From: Candidatus Eiseniibacteriota bacterium
Lineage (GTDB): Bacteria; Eisenbacteria; RBG-16-71-46
Direction of reading: 5' to 3'
Length of the DNA stretch: 64,000 bases
Assembly: GCA_031364845.1 (NCBI GenBank)
Contig: JANLWX010000007.1
Location: forward strand, 87,395 to 151,394
The translations under genes and the position numbers were made by a program. A model generated the notes under the pieces. It was not told where the DNA came from, made no database searches, and was given only the letters and a program-made list of their open reading frames with translations. Position 1 is the first letter of the stretch. Each line of letters starts with the position of its first letter. This document shows, piece by piece, positions 1 to 9,689 of the stretch.

Positions 1-562
1 GCGTGTGCGCCTCGCCGGTCATTCGCTGGGCGGCGCGCTCGCGCAGCGCTGGACGCTCGCGCATCCGGAACGTGTGGCCGCACTCGTTCTTTCCAGCACG
101 TTCGCGCGCGTCACGAATCCGCGCGGCAACTGGTGGGCGCGCTTCGTCGAGCAGCCGGTGGTGCTCGCGGGCCAGCGCCTGCTGCCGGATGCGCTCGCGC
201 GACCGCTCGCGCGCCACGGCGCCGCGCGCGGCGCGTGGGTCTACGACGCGCGCTGCGACGATGCCGTGCTCGACTTCGTGCGCTTCTGCATGCGCGACCT
301 CGCGGTCGCCGACGCGCGCCAGACCGTGGCGCTCGCGATCGCGCACGACACGCGCGCCACGCTCGCGTCCTTGGCACCTCCAGTGCGCATCGTGGTCGGT
401 GAACTCGAGAGCGTGTTCTACCTCGAGGCACTCGCCGAGTTGCGCGCGCTGTTGCCGCGTGCCGACTTCGTCGAGTCGCCGGGCGTGAGCCACCTGCATC
501 TGCTCTCGAGCCCGCAGTGGCTCGCGGAGCGGATCGCCGAGTGGATGCGGGGGAGGACGTGA
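1..562 (+). CDS. alpha/beta hydrolase, 5' truncated by the window edge
   Basis: GHSLGG nucleophile elbow (GxSxG), C-terminal His (GVSH); stop overlaps next start (GTGA). Confidence 0.85.
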   Translation, partial: RVRLAGHSLGGALAQRWTLAHPERVAALVLSSTFARVTNPRGNWWARFVEQPVVLAGQRLLPDALARPLARHGAARGAWVYDARCDDAVLDFVRFCMRDLAVADARQTVALAIAHDTRATLASLAPPVRIVVGELESVFYLEALAELRALLPRADFVESPGVSHLHLLSSPQWLAERIAEWMRGRT

Positions 563-1833
563 CCGCGGCCACCGCGGCCGCGGACGACTTTCGCGATCGC
601 TTTCGCGCGCTGCGCCACCGCAACTTCCGGCTCTACTGGGGCGGTCAGCTCACGTCGCTGATCGGCACCTGGATGCAGAGCGTCGCACAGGGCTGGCTCA
701 TGCACCGGCTCACGTCCTCGGCGTTCATGCTGGGACTGCTCGTGTTCACGCAGTTCCTGCCGGTGCTGATTTTCAGCCTGTGGGCGGGCGTGATCGCCGA
801 CCGCGTCGACAAGCGGCGCATGCTGCTGATCACGCAGACGTGCGCGTTCGTCCAGGCGGTCGTGCTCGCAGTGGTCGTCACACTCGGCATCGCCGAGCCG
901 TGGATGGTGCTGGTGCTCGCGTTCGTGTACGGCACGTTCAACGCGTTCGACCTGCCGGCGCGCCAGTCGTATCTGGTGGAGTTGGTCGGCAAGGAGGACC
1001 TGCCGAACGGCATCGCGCTCAATTCGGCGGCGTTCAATACCGCGCGCGTGATCGGTCCCGCGATCGCCGGCATCCTGCTGGCGCGGGTCGGCGAGGCGGG
1101 ATGCTTCTGGATCAACGCGCTCTCCTATCTCGCGGTGATCTCGAGCCTGTGGCGCATCCGTGTGGATCGCGCAGCGGTGGCACCCGCGAACCGCTCGAAC
1201 TCGCTGATGGAAGGCGTGCGCTATGTCGTGAAGACGCGGCCGCTGCGCAATCTGCTCGTGCTGCTCATGTTCATGTCCGGGCTCGGATTCCAGTACTCCG
1301 TGTTGCTGCCGGTCTACACCAAGGACATCCTGCATGAGAACGCAGACACGTTCGGCTGGCTGATCTCGGCGTTCGGCGTGGGTTCGTTGGTGTCGGCGGT
1401 GCTGATGACGCGCCGGCTCGATCGCTGGGCGCTGCGGCGCAACCTCCAACTCGGCCTCGTCACCGCCGCGATCGGCATGGGTGTGTTCGCATGGTCGCGA
1501 TGGCTCACGCTCTCGCTCGCGATGGGTTACCTCGCGGGCTTCGGGCTCATCCTCTATGTCGCGAGCACCAACACGCTGATCCAGCTCACGACCGAGGACC
1601 GATTCCGCGGCCGCATCATGAGCTTCTATACGGTGATGTTCATTGGCTCGGCACCCTTCGGCGCGCTCATCAGCGGACTCGTTGCCCAGCACTTCGGAGC
1701 GCCGTGGGCCACGACGCTCAGTGCGGTGGTGCTCGCGGCGGGCGCGGTGTGGATCACGTATCGCCTGCGGTTGATCGCGGCGCGCGAAGCCGCCGCTCCG
1801 GCACCGCCGACGCACGTGGAGAAGCTGGGGTAA
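559..1833 (+). CDS. MFS transporter (H+ antiporter/MFS_3-like)
   Basis: RNFRLYWGGQLTSLIGTWMQ N-terminus, GVIADRVDKRR motif A, about 12 TM segments; GTG start after GGGAGG. Confidence 0.9.
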   Translation: MTAATAAADDFRDRFRALRHRNFRLYWGGQLTSLIGTWMQSVAQGWLMHRLTSSAFMLGLLVFTQFLPVLIFSLWAGVIADRVDKRRMLLITQTCAFVQAVVLAVVVTLGIAEPWMVLVLAFVYGTFNAFDLPARQSYLVELVGKEDLPNGIALNSAAFNTARVIGPAIAGILLARVGEAGCFWINALSYLAVISSLWRIRVDRAAVAPANRSNSLMEGVRYVVKTRPLRNLLVLLMFMSGLGFQYSVLLPVYTKDILHENADTFGWLISAFGVGSLVSAVLMTRRLDRWALRRNLQLGLVTAAIGMGVFAWSRWLTLSLAMGYLAGFGLILYVASTNTLIQLTTEDRFRGRIMSFYTVMFIGSAPFGALISGLVAQHFGAPWATTLSAVVLAAGAVWITYRLRLIAAREAAAPAPPTHVEKLG

Positions 1834-1848
1834 AGCCCGGCGCGGGCG

Positions 1849-2934
1849 TCAGTGGCCCGCGGGCGACTCCAACTGCGCGAACAGCCGCCGCACGCCCGCG
1901 CGCGTGTGGCCGCCGATCATGGCGCGCGTCGCGATGCGCTTCACCTCCGGGCGCGTGAGCTTCGGGCGCGTGTCGCCGCACGGAAACGCGGGATCGCGCC
2001 GCGCTTCACGCAGCGAAGCCAGCGCCCACAGCGCGGGCCACAGGCAGAACATCCGGTAGCGCCAGTGGCGTGCGGGAATGCGCTCGAGGTATTCCGGCAC
2101 TTCGCCGAGTGCCGCGCGCGCGAGCGCTTCGAGCCGCCGTGCCGCCGCCTTGGCCCCGACGCGCGACGGATCGACGAGTTCGTGCGGTTTCAGTTGGTAT
2201 TCGTCGAGCCACGCCGCCGGCACGTAACAGCGCCCGCGCCGCACGTCGCGCGGCCAGTCGAGCAGGATGTTCGTGAGCTGGAGCGCCTCGCCGACCGCGG
2301 GGGCGAGCTGGATCAATTCGGCGTCGGTGTCCGGTTCCTTCGCGGGCGCGCGCAGCGCGTGGAGCTGCGTCAGCATCACGCCGACGCAGCCCGCCACCAC
2401 GAAGCAGTAGTCGTGCAGCTCCGCCTCGGTGTCGAGGTAGGCGGGAAGCGCGGCCGGATCGCCTTCGCGTGCGGCGGCGCGCACGGCGTAGCGACGCATG
2501 CCGTTCGCCATCAGCGTGACTGCGCGCGCGACGATCATGCGATCGCCCGCATCGAGCCCCGCATAGACGCGCAGCACCGCGGGAAGATGGGCGACCAGCT
2601 CGAGGTCCGGTGAAGCCGCTCTGAGCGCGTGCGCGGAACGCGCGAGTTCATCCGCCGCCGCGCCATGCCCGCCGAGCGCTTCGACGAACAGATCGAAGCG
2701 CCCGCCGACTTCCGAAGGTGCTCCCGGCCACGAGTCCTCGAGCGCGTCCGCCGCCCGGCACAGGAGGTAGGCGATCTCGACCGTGTCGTGCATGGAGCCG
2801 CGCAGCACGCCGATGTTCGCTGCGAACGTGCGCGACACGCGCGGCAGCACCTCGTGACAATAGGCGCGATCGGCGGCGAGATTCGCACCACCCGCGACTT
2901 GCGGCGAGAAGGATTCCGCGCTCGGCGCCGTCAC
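1849..2934 (-). CDS. squalene/phytoene synthase family protein
   Basis: VSRTF, YLLCRAADALED (DxxED), DYCFVVAGCVG, LQLTNILLDWPRD..RGRCYVP motifs; GTG start overlaps upstream stop. Confidence 0.85.
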   Translation of the reverse strand: MTAPSAESFSPQVAGGANLAADRAYCHEVLPRVSRTFAANIGVLRGSMHDTVEIAYLLCRAADALEDSWPGAPSEVGGRFDLFVEALGGHGAAADELARSAHALRAASPDLELVAHLPAVLRVYAGLDAGDRMIVARAVTLMANGMRRYAVRAAAREGDPAALPAYLDTEAELHDYCFVVAGCVGVMLTQLHALRAPAKEPDTDAELIQLAPAVGEALQLTNILLDWPRDVRRGRCYVPAAWLDEYQLKPHELVDPSRVGAKAAARRLEALARAALGEVPEYLERIPARHWRYRMFCLWPALWALASLREARRDPAFPCGDTRPKLTRPEVKRIATRAMIGGHTRAGVRRLFAQLESPAGH

Positions 2935-3401
2935 GCGGCTTCGATCTCCTCGATCTCGGCGGTCCAGCGCACGGAGACCGCATTGCGGAGCGTCGCCGCG
3001 GTCGGGCATTTCTCCTGGTGCCGCGCGAGCGCGCGGTCCACCGTCTCGCGCGTGCCGGACGGGATGCGCAACCGGTAGTGGACGACGATCTCTGTAAGCA
3101 CCGGCATTCCCTCGCGCACCTCGTGCAATCCTTCGGCCTCGGCCGCGATCGCGTCGTTCGGAAGCTTGACCTGCCGCACATCCAGCGCGGCTTTCAGGGT
3201 TCCGAGCATTCAGCCCGCGGTGGCCGCGACGATGAAGTCGACGGGCAGCGGAAGCTCGCGCTCCGGATCGAGCCGGAACAGCTCGCGAACCGCGCCATGC
3301 ACTCCGAAGTCCACTTCGGGGCCGGATTCGAGATGCGCGCGGCGATGCAGCGGCCCCAGCACTTCGAGGCGTGAGCGCGACGTATAGAAAGGTTCGGTCA
3401 T
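2931..3401 (-). CDS. OsmC/Ohr-like selenoprotein, Sec at in-frame TGA 3212-3210, 156 aa
   Basis: Two in-frame ORFs joined by one TGA in DFIVAATAG-U-MLGT, the position of the OsmC first Cys; second Cys in EKCP; AGGAG RBS before ATG 3401; SECIS-like hairpin after the TGA. Confidence 0.8.
3169..3200 (-). promoter_or_regulatory. candidate bacterial SECIS element
   Basis: Stem GCCGCGC/GUGCGGC (3191-3185 with 3179-3173), loop UGGAU starting 26 nt after the UGA; lower stem ACC(C)U/AGGU. Confidence 0.65.
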
Positions 3402-3565
3402 GAAGTCACTCCTGGCGAGAGGTGGCGCGGCAAAGATAGGGAGAACGGTGGACACGCGCCAGCGCAGTCGGGTTCGAACGCCATCGATTAGAGCGCGTGT
3501 TGAACTTGCCTCGCATGCCGCCAAGTATGCTAGCTTTTCCGCCCCTGTCGTTTCCGGAGGTATCC

Positions 3566-4507
3566 GTGTCCCCGTCTCGCGCGTTCGCGATGGCCGCCCT
3601 GCTTGGCCGGACCACCGCGTTTCTCATGTTCGGACTGTTGGTGGTGGGGGCGGTCGTGCGGACGACCGGGTCCGGGCTCGCGTGCCCCGACTGGCCGCTG
3701 TGCGAAGGACGGCTGATCCCGCGCTTTCAGTTCAACGTGCTGATCGAGTGGGGCCACCGCATGGCCGCACTGCTCGTGAGCGTGATGTTGTTCGCGACTG
3801 CGGCATGGGTGTTGGCGCGGCGGGAGTTGCGCGCCCGGCTCGGCGGATTGATCGGGCTTTCGGTTCTGCTGCTGTTCGTTCAGATCCTGCTCGGCGCGCT
3901 CACCGTGTGGAAGCTGCTGAGCCCGGCGGTCGTGAGCAGCCACCTTGCGGTCGCGGTGCTGCTGTTCGTCACGCTGCTCGTGTTCTCGCTGCGGGCCGAC
4001 ACGCATGCGGACCTCGAGGAAGCAGGCGCGACGCCGGCCGTGCCGACTCCGGCGCCCGGTCTCACGGCGGCGTTCGCGGTCGTCGCGGTGCTCACGTATG
4101 CGCAGGTCGTGCTCGGCGGGCTCGTGAGCACGAATCACGCTTCGACCGCGTGTCCCGACTGGCCGACCTGCCGCGGGGAGTGGTTTCCGGCGATGACCGG
4201 GCTCATCGGGATCCACATGCTGCACCGGTTCGGCGGCTATCTGGTGGCGCTCTCGGTGCTGATGCTGGCGCTCGCCGCGCGCAGCGAGTCGCTGCCGGTG
4301 CTCGCCGGCGCGCGGGCGGCGTTCACACTGGTGGTGGCGCAGGTGATCCTCGGCGTGTGCAATGTCCTGCTGGCAGCCCCGGTGTGGGTATCGGCGATGC
4401 ATCTCGCGACCGCGGTCGCCCTGCTCGCCACGCTGGTCATCACCACCTACCGACTCGCTTCGGCGCCGGCGCCGCACCCGGCGATGGTGCCGGCGGAGGC
4501 GCGATGA
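3566..4507 (+). CDS. ctaA: heme A synthase (COX15/CtaA)
   Basis: GSGLACPDWPLC, EWGHR, second CPDWPTC, HMLHR; GGAGG RBS before GTG. Confidence 0.92.
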   Translation: MSPSRAFAMAALLGRTTAFLMFGLLVVGAVVRTTGSGLACPDWPLCEGRLIPRFQFNVLIEWGHRMAALLVSVMLFATAAWVLARRELRARLGGLIGLSVLLLFVQILLGALTVWKLLSPAVVSSHLAVAVLLFVTLLVFSLRADTHADLEEAGATPAVPTPAPGLTAAFAVVAVLTYAQVVLGGLVSTNHASTACPDWPTCRGEWFPAMTGLIGIHMLHRFGGYLVALSVLMLALAARSESLPVLAGARAAFTLVVAQVILGVCNVLLAAPVWVSAMHLATAVALLATLVITTYRLASAPAPHPAMVPAEAR

Positions 4508-5430
4508 GCACCGCGACCGTCGTGGCTCCGCGTCCGAACCTGTCGCGCCTGATCGCGGGGTACGTCGAGTTCACCAAACCGCGCATCGTCATGCTGGTCC
4601 TGGTCACCGGGGCTCCGGCGCTGCTGATCGCGGCACGCGGCCTTCCCGGCGCGCGCGTGGCACTCGCGGGCCTGATCGGCACGGCGCTCGCGGCGATGTC
4701 GGCCGCCTGCTTCAACCACTACTACGACCGCGACATCGACGCCCTGATGCGGCGCACCGCCTCGCGGCCGCTGCCCTCGGGGCTGATTCCGCCTTCGCAC
4801 GCCGTGATCCTCGGGTTCACGCTCGGCATCGCCGCCCTCGCGATTCTCGCGGCGTTCACGAATCTGCTCGCCGCCGGACTCGGACTGGCGTCGATCTTCT
4901 ACTACGCCGTCGTCTACACGGTGTGGCTCAAGCGGCGCACGCCGCAGAACATCGTGATCGGAGGGGCTGCCGGCGCTTCGGCGCCGATGATCGCGTGGGC
5001 CGCCGTGACCGGCGAGGTCAGCCTCGCCGCGGTGCTGTTGTCATCGATCGTGTTCCTGTGGACGCCGCCTCATTTTTGGGCGCTGTCGCTCTATCGCAGC
5101 GACGACTACGCGCGCGCCGGCATTCCGATGCTGCCGGTCACGCACGGGGAGGCGGAGACCCGCCGCCAGATCGTCCTCTATTCGTGGATCCTGGTACCCG
5201 GAACCCTCGCGCTGTGGCCGCTCGGGCTTATCGGCCCGGTGTACCTGATCCCGGCAGTGCTGCTCGGTGTGGAGTTCCTGCGCCGCGCCCACCGGCTGCA
5301 CGCGAGCGGCTCGATACCCGATGCGGTGGGCCTGTTCCGCTACTCGATCCTCTATCTGCTGCTGCTCTATCTCGCGCTCACTGCCGATGCGATCGTCCGC
5401 TACGTGGTGCCGGGATCCGCGGCAGGTTGA
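4504..5430 (+). CDS. ctaB: protoheme IX farnesyltransferase (heme O synthase)
   Basis: TKPRI, NHYYDRDIDALMRRTASRPLPSG, WLKRRTPQNIVIGG, WTPPHFWAL. Confidence 0.95.
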   Translation: MSTATVVAPRPNLSRLIAGYVEFTKPRIVMLVLVTGAPALLIAARGLPGARVALAGLIGTALAAMSAACFNHYYDRDIDALMRRTASRPLPSGLIPPSHAVILGFTLGIAALAILAAFTNLLAAGLGLASIFYYAVVYTVWLKRRTPQNIVIGGAAGASAPMIAWAAVTGEVSLAAVLLSSIVFLWTPPHFWALSLYRSDDYARAGIPMLPVTHGEAETRRQIVLYSWILVPGTLALWPLGLIGPVYLIPAVLLGVEFLRRAHRLHASGSIPDAVGLFRYSILYLLLLYLALTADAIVRYVVPGSAAG

Positions 5431-5526
5431 CGACTTCACACGCGTAGGAGGTCGTGGTAGTTTCCCGCGCGTTTGCTTCCAACACACTCGCGCAGTTCGC
5501 GCCGGACCGTTCAACCTGGGGAGTCT

Positions 5527-6552
5527 ATGGCAGGACGACTGCAAGCGAAGGTGCCGTTCGGCCGATACGCGCTGGCGGTGCTCGCATGCCTGCTGGCAGC
5601 GACCGGCTGCAAGCTCGAACAGTTCCCGCAGAGCACGCTGGATCCCAAGTCCGACTACGCGTGGGCGATCCAGCGACTGCTCGACCAGCAGGTGTTCTGG
5701 GTCGTCGTGATCTTCGTGCTGGTGCTGGTGGCGCAGTTGTTCATCCTCGTGAAGTTCCGCGCGCGGCCCGGCGCACCCGAGCCCAAGCATATCCACGGCA
5801 ACACGATGCTCGAGATCGCGTGGACGATCGCGCCCGCCATCATCCTCACGCTGGTCGCGGTTCCGACCGTCGTCACCATCTACAAGACTCAGGCGCCGGC
5901 GCCCGCCGGTTCCCTGCAGGTGCGCGCGATCGGGCATCAGTGGTGGTGGGAGTTCCAGTACCCCGAGCTGGGCGTGACGACCGCGAGCGAACTGTATGTG
6001 CCGGTCGGCCGCACTGTGTCGGTCGCCATCGAGACGGTGGACGTCATGCACAGCTTCTGGTTCCCCGCGATGGGCGGAAAGCGTGACGCGATTCCCGGAC
6101 GCGTGAACCACATGTTCTTCAAGCCCGACTCGACCGGCACCTACATGGGCCAGTGCGCGGAGTTGTGCGGCACGTCGCACGCGAACATGCGCATGAAGCT
6201 GGTGGTGAACGCCCCCGAGGAATTCGACGCATGGGTCGAGCGGCAGAAGGCGGCTCCGGTCCATCCGGATTCGACGTCGCTCGCGGCCCAGGGCAAGGCC
6301 ATCTTCTCGCAGGGCGCATGCATCGCGTGTCACTCGATTTCCGGCGTTTCGGCCGGCGTGATCGGGCCGAACCTGACGCACGTCGGCAGCCGATCGACGA
6401 TCGCGGGTGCGATCTACGAGAACACCCCCGAGAATCTCGGACACTGGCTCACGGATCCGCCGGCCCGCAAACCCGGCTCGCTCATGCCGAATCAGGCCCT
6501 GACCAAAGATCAGGTGGCCGCGCTGGTCGCCTACCTGACCAGCCTCAAGTAG
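5527..6552 (+). CDS. coxB: cytochrome c oxidase subunit II with fused cytochrome c (caa3 type)
   Basis: Lipobox-like LAATGC, HQWWWEF, DVMHSFW, CuA site CAELCGTSHANM, C-terminal CIACH heme motif. Confidence 0.95.
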   Translation: MAGRLQAKVPFGRYALAVLACLLAATGCKLEQFPQSTLDPKSDYAWAIQRLLDQQVFWVVVIFVLVLVAQLFILVKFRARPGAPEPKHIHGNTMLEIAWTIAPAIILTLVAVPTVVTIYKTQAPAPAGSLQVRAIGHQWWWEFQYPELGVTTASELYVPVGRTVSVAIETVDVMHSFWFPAMGGKRDAIPGRVNHMFFKPDSTGTYMGQCAELCGTSHANMRMKLVVNAPEEFDAWVERQKAAPVHPDSTSLAAQGKAIFSQGACIACHSISGVSAGVIGPNLTHVGSRSTIAGAIYENTPENLGHWLTDPPARKPGSLMPNQALTKDQVAALVAYLTSLK

Positions 6553-6568
6553 CGGGAAAGGAACCCAC

Positions 6569-8374
6569 ATGGCCACCACCGCCGCGACCGTTCACGCCGC
6601 TGCACCGTCCGAATCCGGACTGTGGAGCTGGCTGACGACGGTCGATCACAAGCGCATCGGCGTTCTCTATGGCGTGACCGCGTTCATCTTCTTCCTCATC
6701 GGCGGCATCGAGGCGTTGATGATCCGCATCCAGCTGATGCGTCCGGACATGAACTTCGTGAGCCCCGACGTCTACAACCAGCTGTTCACGATGCACGCCA
6801 CGACCATGATCTTCCTTGCGGTGATGCCGCTGTCGGCGAGCTTCTTCAACTTCCTGATCCCGCTCATGATCGGCGCGCGCGACGTCGCGTTCCCGCGCCT
6901 GAACGCGTTCAGCTACTGGGTGTTCCTGTTCGGCGCGATCTTCATCAACCTCAGCTTCGTGCTGGGTGGTGCGCCCGACGCCGGCTGGTTCGGCTATTCG
7001 AACCTGACGTCCAAACAGTACTCGCCCGGCCACGGCGTCGACTTCTGGGCGATCGGCCTCCAGATCCTCGGCATCGCATCACTGGCCGCCGGCTTCAACT
7101 TCATCGTGACGATCATCAACCTGCGCGCGCCCGGCATGAAGTTCATGCGGATGCCGGTGTTCGTGTGGATGACGCTCGTCACGTCGTTCCTGATCATCCT
7201 CGCGTTCCCGGTGATCACGGTCGCACTCGTGTTCCTGACGTTCGACCGCACCGTCGGCACCAACTTCTTCATCCCGACCGCCGGCGCCGACCCACTGCTG
7301 TGGCAGCATCTGTTCTGGCTGTTCGGGCACCCCGAGGTCTACATCCTGATCCTGCCCGCGATGGGCATCGTGTCCGAAGTGCTGCCGACGTTCTCGCGCA
7401 AGCCTCTGTTCGGCTATCCGGTGATCGTCTACTCGGGGATCTTCATCGGTTTCATGGGCTGGGGCGTGTGGAGCCATCACATGTTCTCGGTCGGGCTCGG
7501 GCCGCTCGCCGACTCGTTCTTCGCGCTGTCGACCATGCTGATCGCGATACCGACCGGCGTGAAGATCTTCAACTGGCTTGGCACGATGTGGGGCGGACGC
7601 CTCGAGTTGAAGAGCGCGATGCTGTTCGCGATCGGCTTCATCATCCTGTTCACGATGGGCGGGCTGTCGGGCTTCATGCACGCCTCGCCGCCGGCCGACC
7701 TGCAGCAGACCGACACCTACTTCGTCGTCGCGCACATCCACTACGTGCTGTTCGGCGGCGCGATCATGGGCATCTTCGCGGGCATCTACTACTGGTTCCC
7801 GAAGATGACCGGGCGCATGCTCGACGAGCGGCTCGGGAAGTGGCACTTCTGGCTGCAGATGATCGCGATGAATCTCGCGTTCTTCCCGATGCACTTCGTC
7901 GGCCTGCTCGGCATGCCGCGACGCGTCTACACCTACAGCGCGAACATGGGCTTCAACGAGATGAATTTCTGGTCGACGGTCGGCGCGCTGATGATCGCCC
8001 CCGCGATCCTGATCTTCATGTGGAACGTGCTGTCGAGCGTGCGCAACGGTAAGCCGGCCGGGAACGACCCGTGGGGCGGCGCGACACTCGAATGGGCGAT
8101 TCCGTCGCCTCCGCCGGTCTACAACTTCGCCTCGGTTCCCGAGGTCAAGAGCCTGGATCCGCTGTGGCATCCGGAGAGCCGCGAAGCAGCACTCGCCTCC
8201 AACCAAATGCACGGGCCCATCCACATGCCGCCGAGTTCTCACTGGCCGCTCGTGAGCGCGCTCGGAGTCGCAATGCTGCTCTCGGGCATCCTGTTCGGTT
8301 GGTACGTCGGAATTCCCGGCCTGATCCTCATGGTGGTCGGCATCTACTGCTGGGCCTTCGAGCCCTGCGACTGA
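6569..8374 (+). CDS. coxA: cytochrome c oxidase subunit I (A1 type)
   Basis: DHKRIG, HLFWLFGHPEVYIL, WSHHMF, VAHIHYV, GMPRR. Confidence 0.97.
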   Translation: MATTAATVHAAAPSESGLWSWLTTVDHKRIGVLYGVTAFIFFLIGGIEALMIRIQLMRPDMNFVSPDVYNQLFTMHATTMIFLAVMPLSASFFNFLIPLMIGARDVAFPRLNAFSYWVFLFGAIFINLSFVLGGAPDAGWFGYSNLTSKQYSPGHGVDFWAIGLQILGIASLAAGFNFIVTIINLRAPGMKFMRMPVFVWMTLVTSFLIILAFPVITVALVFLTFDRTVGTNFFIPTAGADPLLWQHLFWLFGHPEVYILILPAMGIVSEVLPTFSRKPLFGYPVIVYSGIFIGFMGWGVWSHHMFSVGLGPLADSFFALSTMLIAIPTGVKIFNWLGTMWGGRLELKSAMLFAIGFIILFTMGGLSGFMHASPPADLQQTDTYFVVAHIHYVLFGGAIMGIFAGIYYWFPKMTGRMLDERLGKWHFWLQMIAMNLAFFPMHFVGLLGMPRRVYTYSANMGFNEMNFWSTVGALMIAPAILIFMWNVLSSVRNGKPAGNDPWGGATLEWAIPSPPPVYNFASVPEVKSLDPLWHPESREAALASNQMHGPIHMPPSSHWPLVSALGVAMLLSGILFGWYVGIPGLILMVVGIYCWAFEPCD

Positions 8375-8391
8375 TCGGGGAGGACGCTCCA

Positions 8392-9000
8392 TTGTCGGGT
8401 ACTGCCGTAGCCGCCCACGATTCCGGGCACGAAGCGCATCCCACCAGCACCGGCCTCAACAGCCGGAAGATGGTGTTCTGGGCCTTCATCGGCTCCGAGT
8501 GCATGCTGTTCGGTTCACTGATCGCGACCTATCTCGTGTACCGGGGCCGCGACAAGGTCGGTCCGCATCCGCACGAGATCCTCAACATTCCGTTCACGTC
8601 GTTCAGCGCGTTCGTGCTGCTGATGAGCTCACTCACGATGGTGCTCGCGCTCGCGGCCGTTCAGCGCGGCAACAAGCGCGGCACGCAGATCTGGCTCGCC
8701 GCGACGGCACTGCTCGGCATGGTGTTCGTCGGGGGCCAGTGCTACGAGTTCACCGAGTTCTATCTGGAGGGGCTCAAGCTCCAGACGAATCTGTTCGGGG
8801 CGACGTTCTACGTCTTGACCGGATTCCACGGGACGCACGTGACGGTCGGCGTCATCTGGCTGTGGTCGCTGTTCATTCTGGCGGGGAAGGGCAAGCTCGG
8901 CCCCGGCCAGTCCCTCGACGTCGAGATCTGCGGTCTGTACTGGCACTTCGTCGACGTCGTGTGGATCGCGATCTTCACGCTGATCTACCTGATCCAGTAG
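8392..9000 (+). CDS. coxC: cytochrome c oxidase subunit III (short form)
   Basis: FIGSECMLF, TGFHGTHV, GLYWHFVDVVW; TTG start after GGAGG. Confidence 0.92.
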   Translation: MSGTAVAAHDSGHEAHPTSTGLNSRKMVFWAFIGSECMLFGSLIATYLVYRGRDKVGPHPHEILNIPFTSFSAFVLLMSSLTMVLALAAVQRGNKRGTQIWLAATALLGMVFVGGQCYEFTEFYLEGLKLQTNLFGATFYVLTGFHGTHVTVGVIWLWSLFILAGKGKLGPGQSLDVEICGLYWHFVDVVWIAIFTLIYLIQ

Positions 9001-9010
9001 GGAGAAGCCG

Positions 9011-9316
9011 ATGAGCGAGCACAAGGGCGCGCAGCCGGAAGGGCACGGACACCCGGGAGCCAAGGAATACCTCGGCATCGCCGTCATCCTCACCGTGATC
9101 ACCGCCATCGAAGTCGCGGTGTTCTACGTTCCGTCGCTGAAGCCGATCCTGATCCCGACGCTGCTGATCCTGTCGGCCATCAAGTTCGCGCTGGTCGTGA
9201 TGTTCTACATGCACCTCAAATTCGACCACAAGTTGTTCTCGTGGCTGTTCGTGGTGCCCATGCTGCTCGCCGTCGCCGTGATCACGGCGTTGCTCAAGCT
9301 GTTCGGAGTCTTCTAA
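9011..9316 (+). CDS. cytochrome c oxidase subunit IV family protein
   Basis: 3 TM segments, KFALVVMFYMHLKFD motif, last gene of the cox operon. Confidence 0.88.
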   Translation: MSEHKGAQPEGHGHPGAKEYLGIAVILTVITAIEVAVFYVPSLKPILIPTLLILSAIKFALVVMFYMHLKFDHKLFSWLFVVPMLLAVAVITALLKLFGVF

Positions 9317-9344
9317 GGCTCGCCTGGCGGACGCAGCGAAAGAC

Positions 9345-9386
9345 AAAAAAGAAAACGCCTCGAAGGACGGATCCCTCGAGGCGTTC
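9345..9386 (-). terminator. intrinsic terminator after tRNA-fMet, possibly bidirectional
   Basis: AACGCCTCGA/TCGAGGCGTT stem followed on the minus strand by TTCTTTTTT. Confidence 0.75.
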
Positions 9387-9392
9387 TAATTT

Positions 9393-9469
<77 letters not shown>

Positions 9470-9689
9470 ACGTGGAGCGGAATCTACGCGACACCATGGA
9501 CACTGTCAAACGCGAGGGCCGTTTGGAGTGTCCGGCTTTTGTCCCGGCGTATCTTCAAATGCGTCCATAACTCGGAGTCATCTGCGCGCCGTTGATCGAG
9601 TTGCGCGCATCGCGGGCCGTGACTATGCTGCGCCCTCGTTTCGCTGAGCACCGGGAACCTGATGCCGCATGCTGCGGAGGATCTAGACT

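Noticed and set aside
2931..3524. Two separate small ORFs or a pseudogene
   Set aside because: The single in-frame TGA falls at the catalytic Cys position and is followed by a SECIS-like hairpin, so Sec read-through fits better
3400..4503. 370-aa N-terminal extension of CtaB in the ORF track
   Set aside because: Overlaps ctaA in another frame and has R/G/A-rich shadow composition; real start is ATG 4504
8215..9000. Extra C-terminal helices on oxidase subunit I with a short subunit III
   Set aside because: Known arrangement in caa3/bo3-type oxidases, not novel
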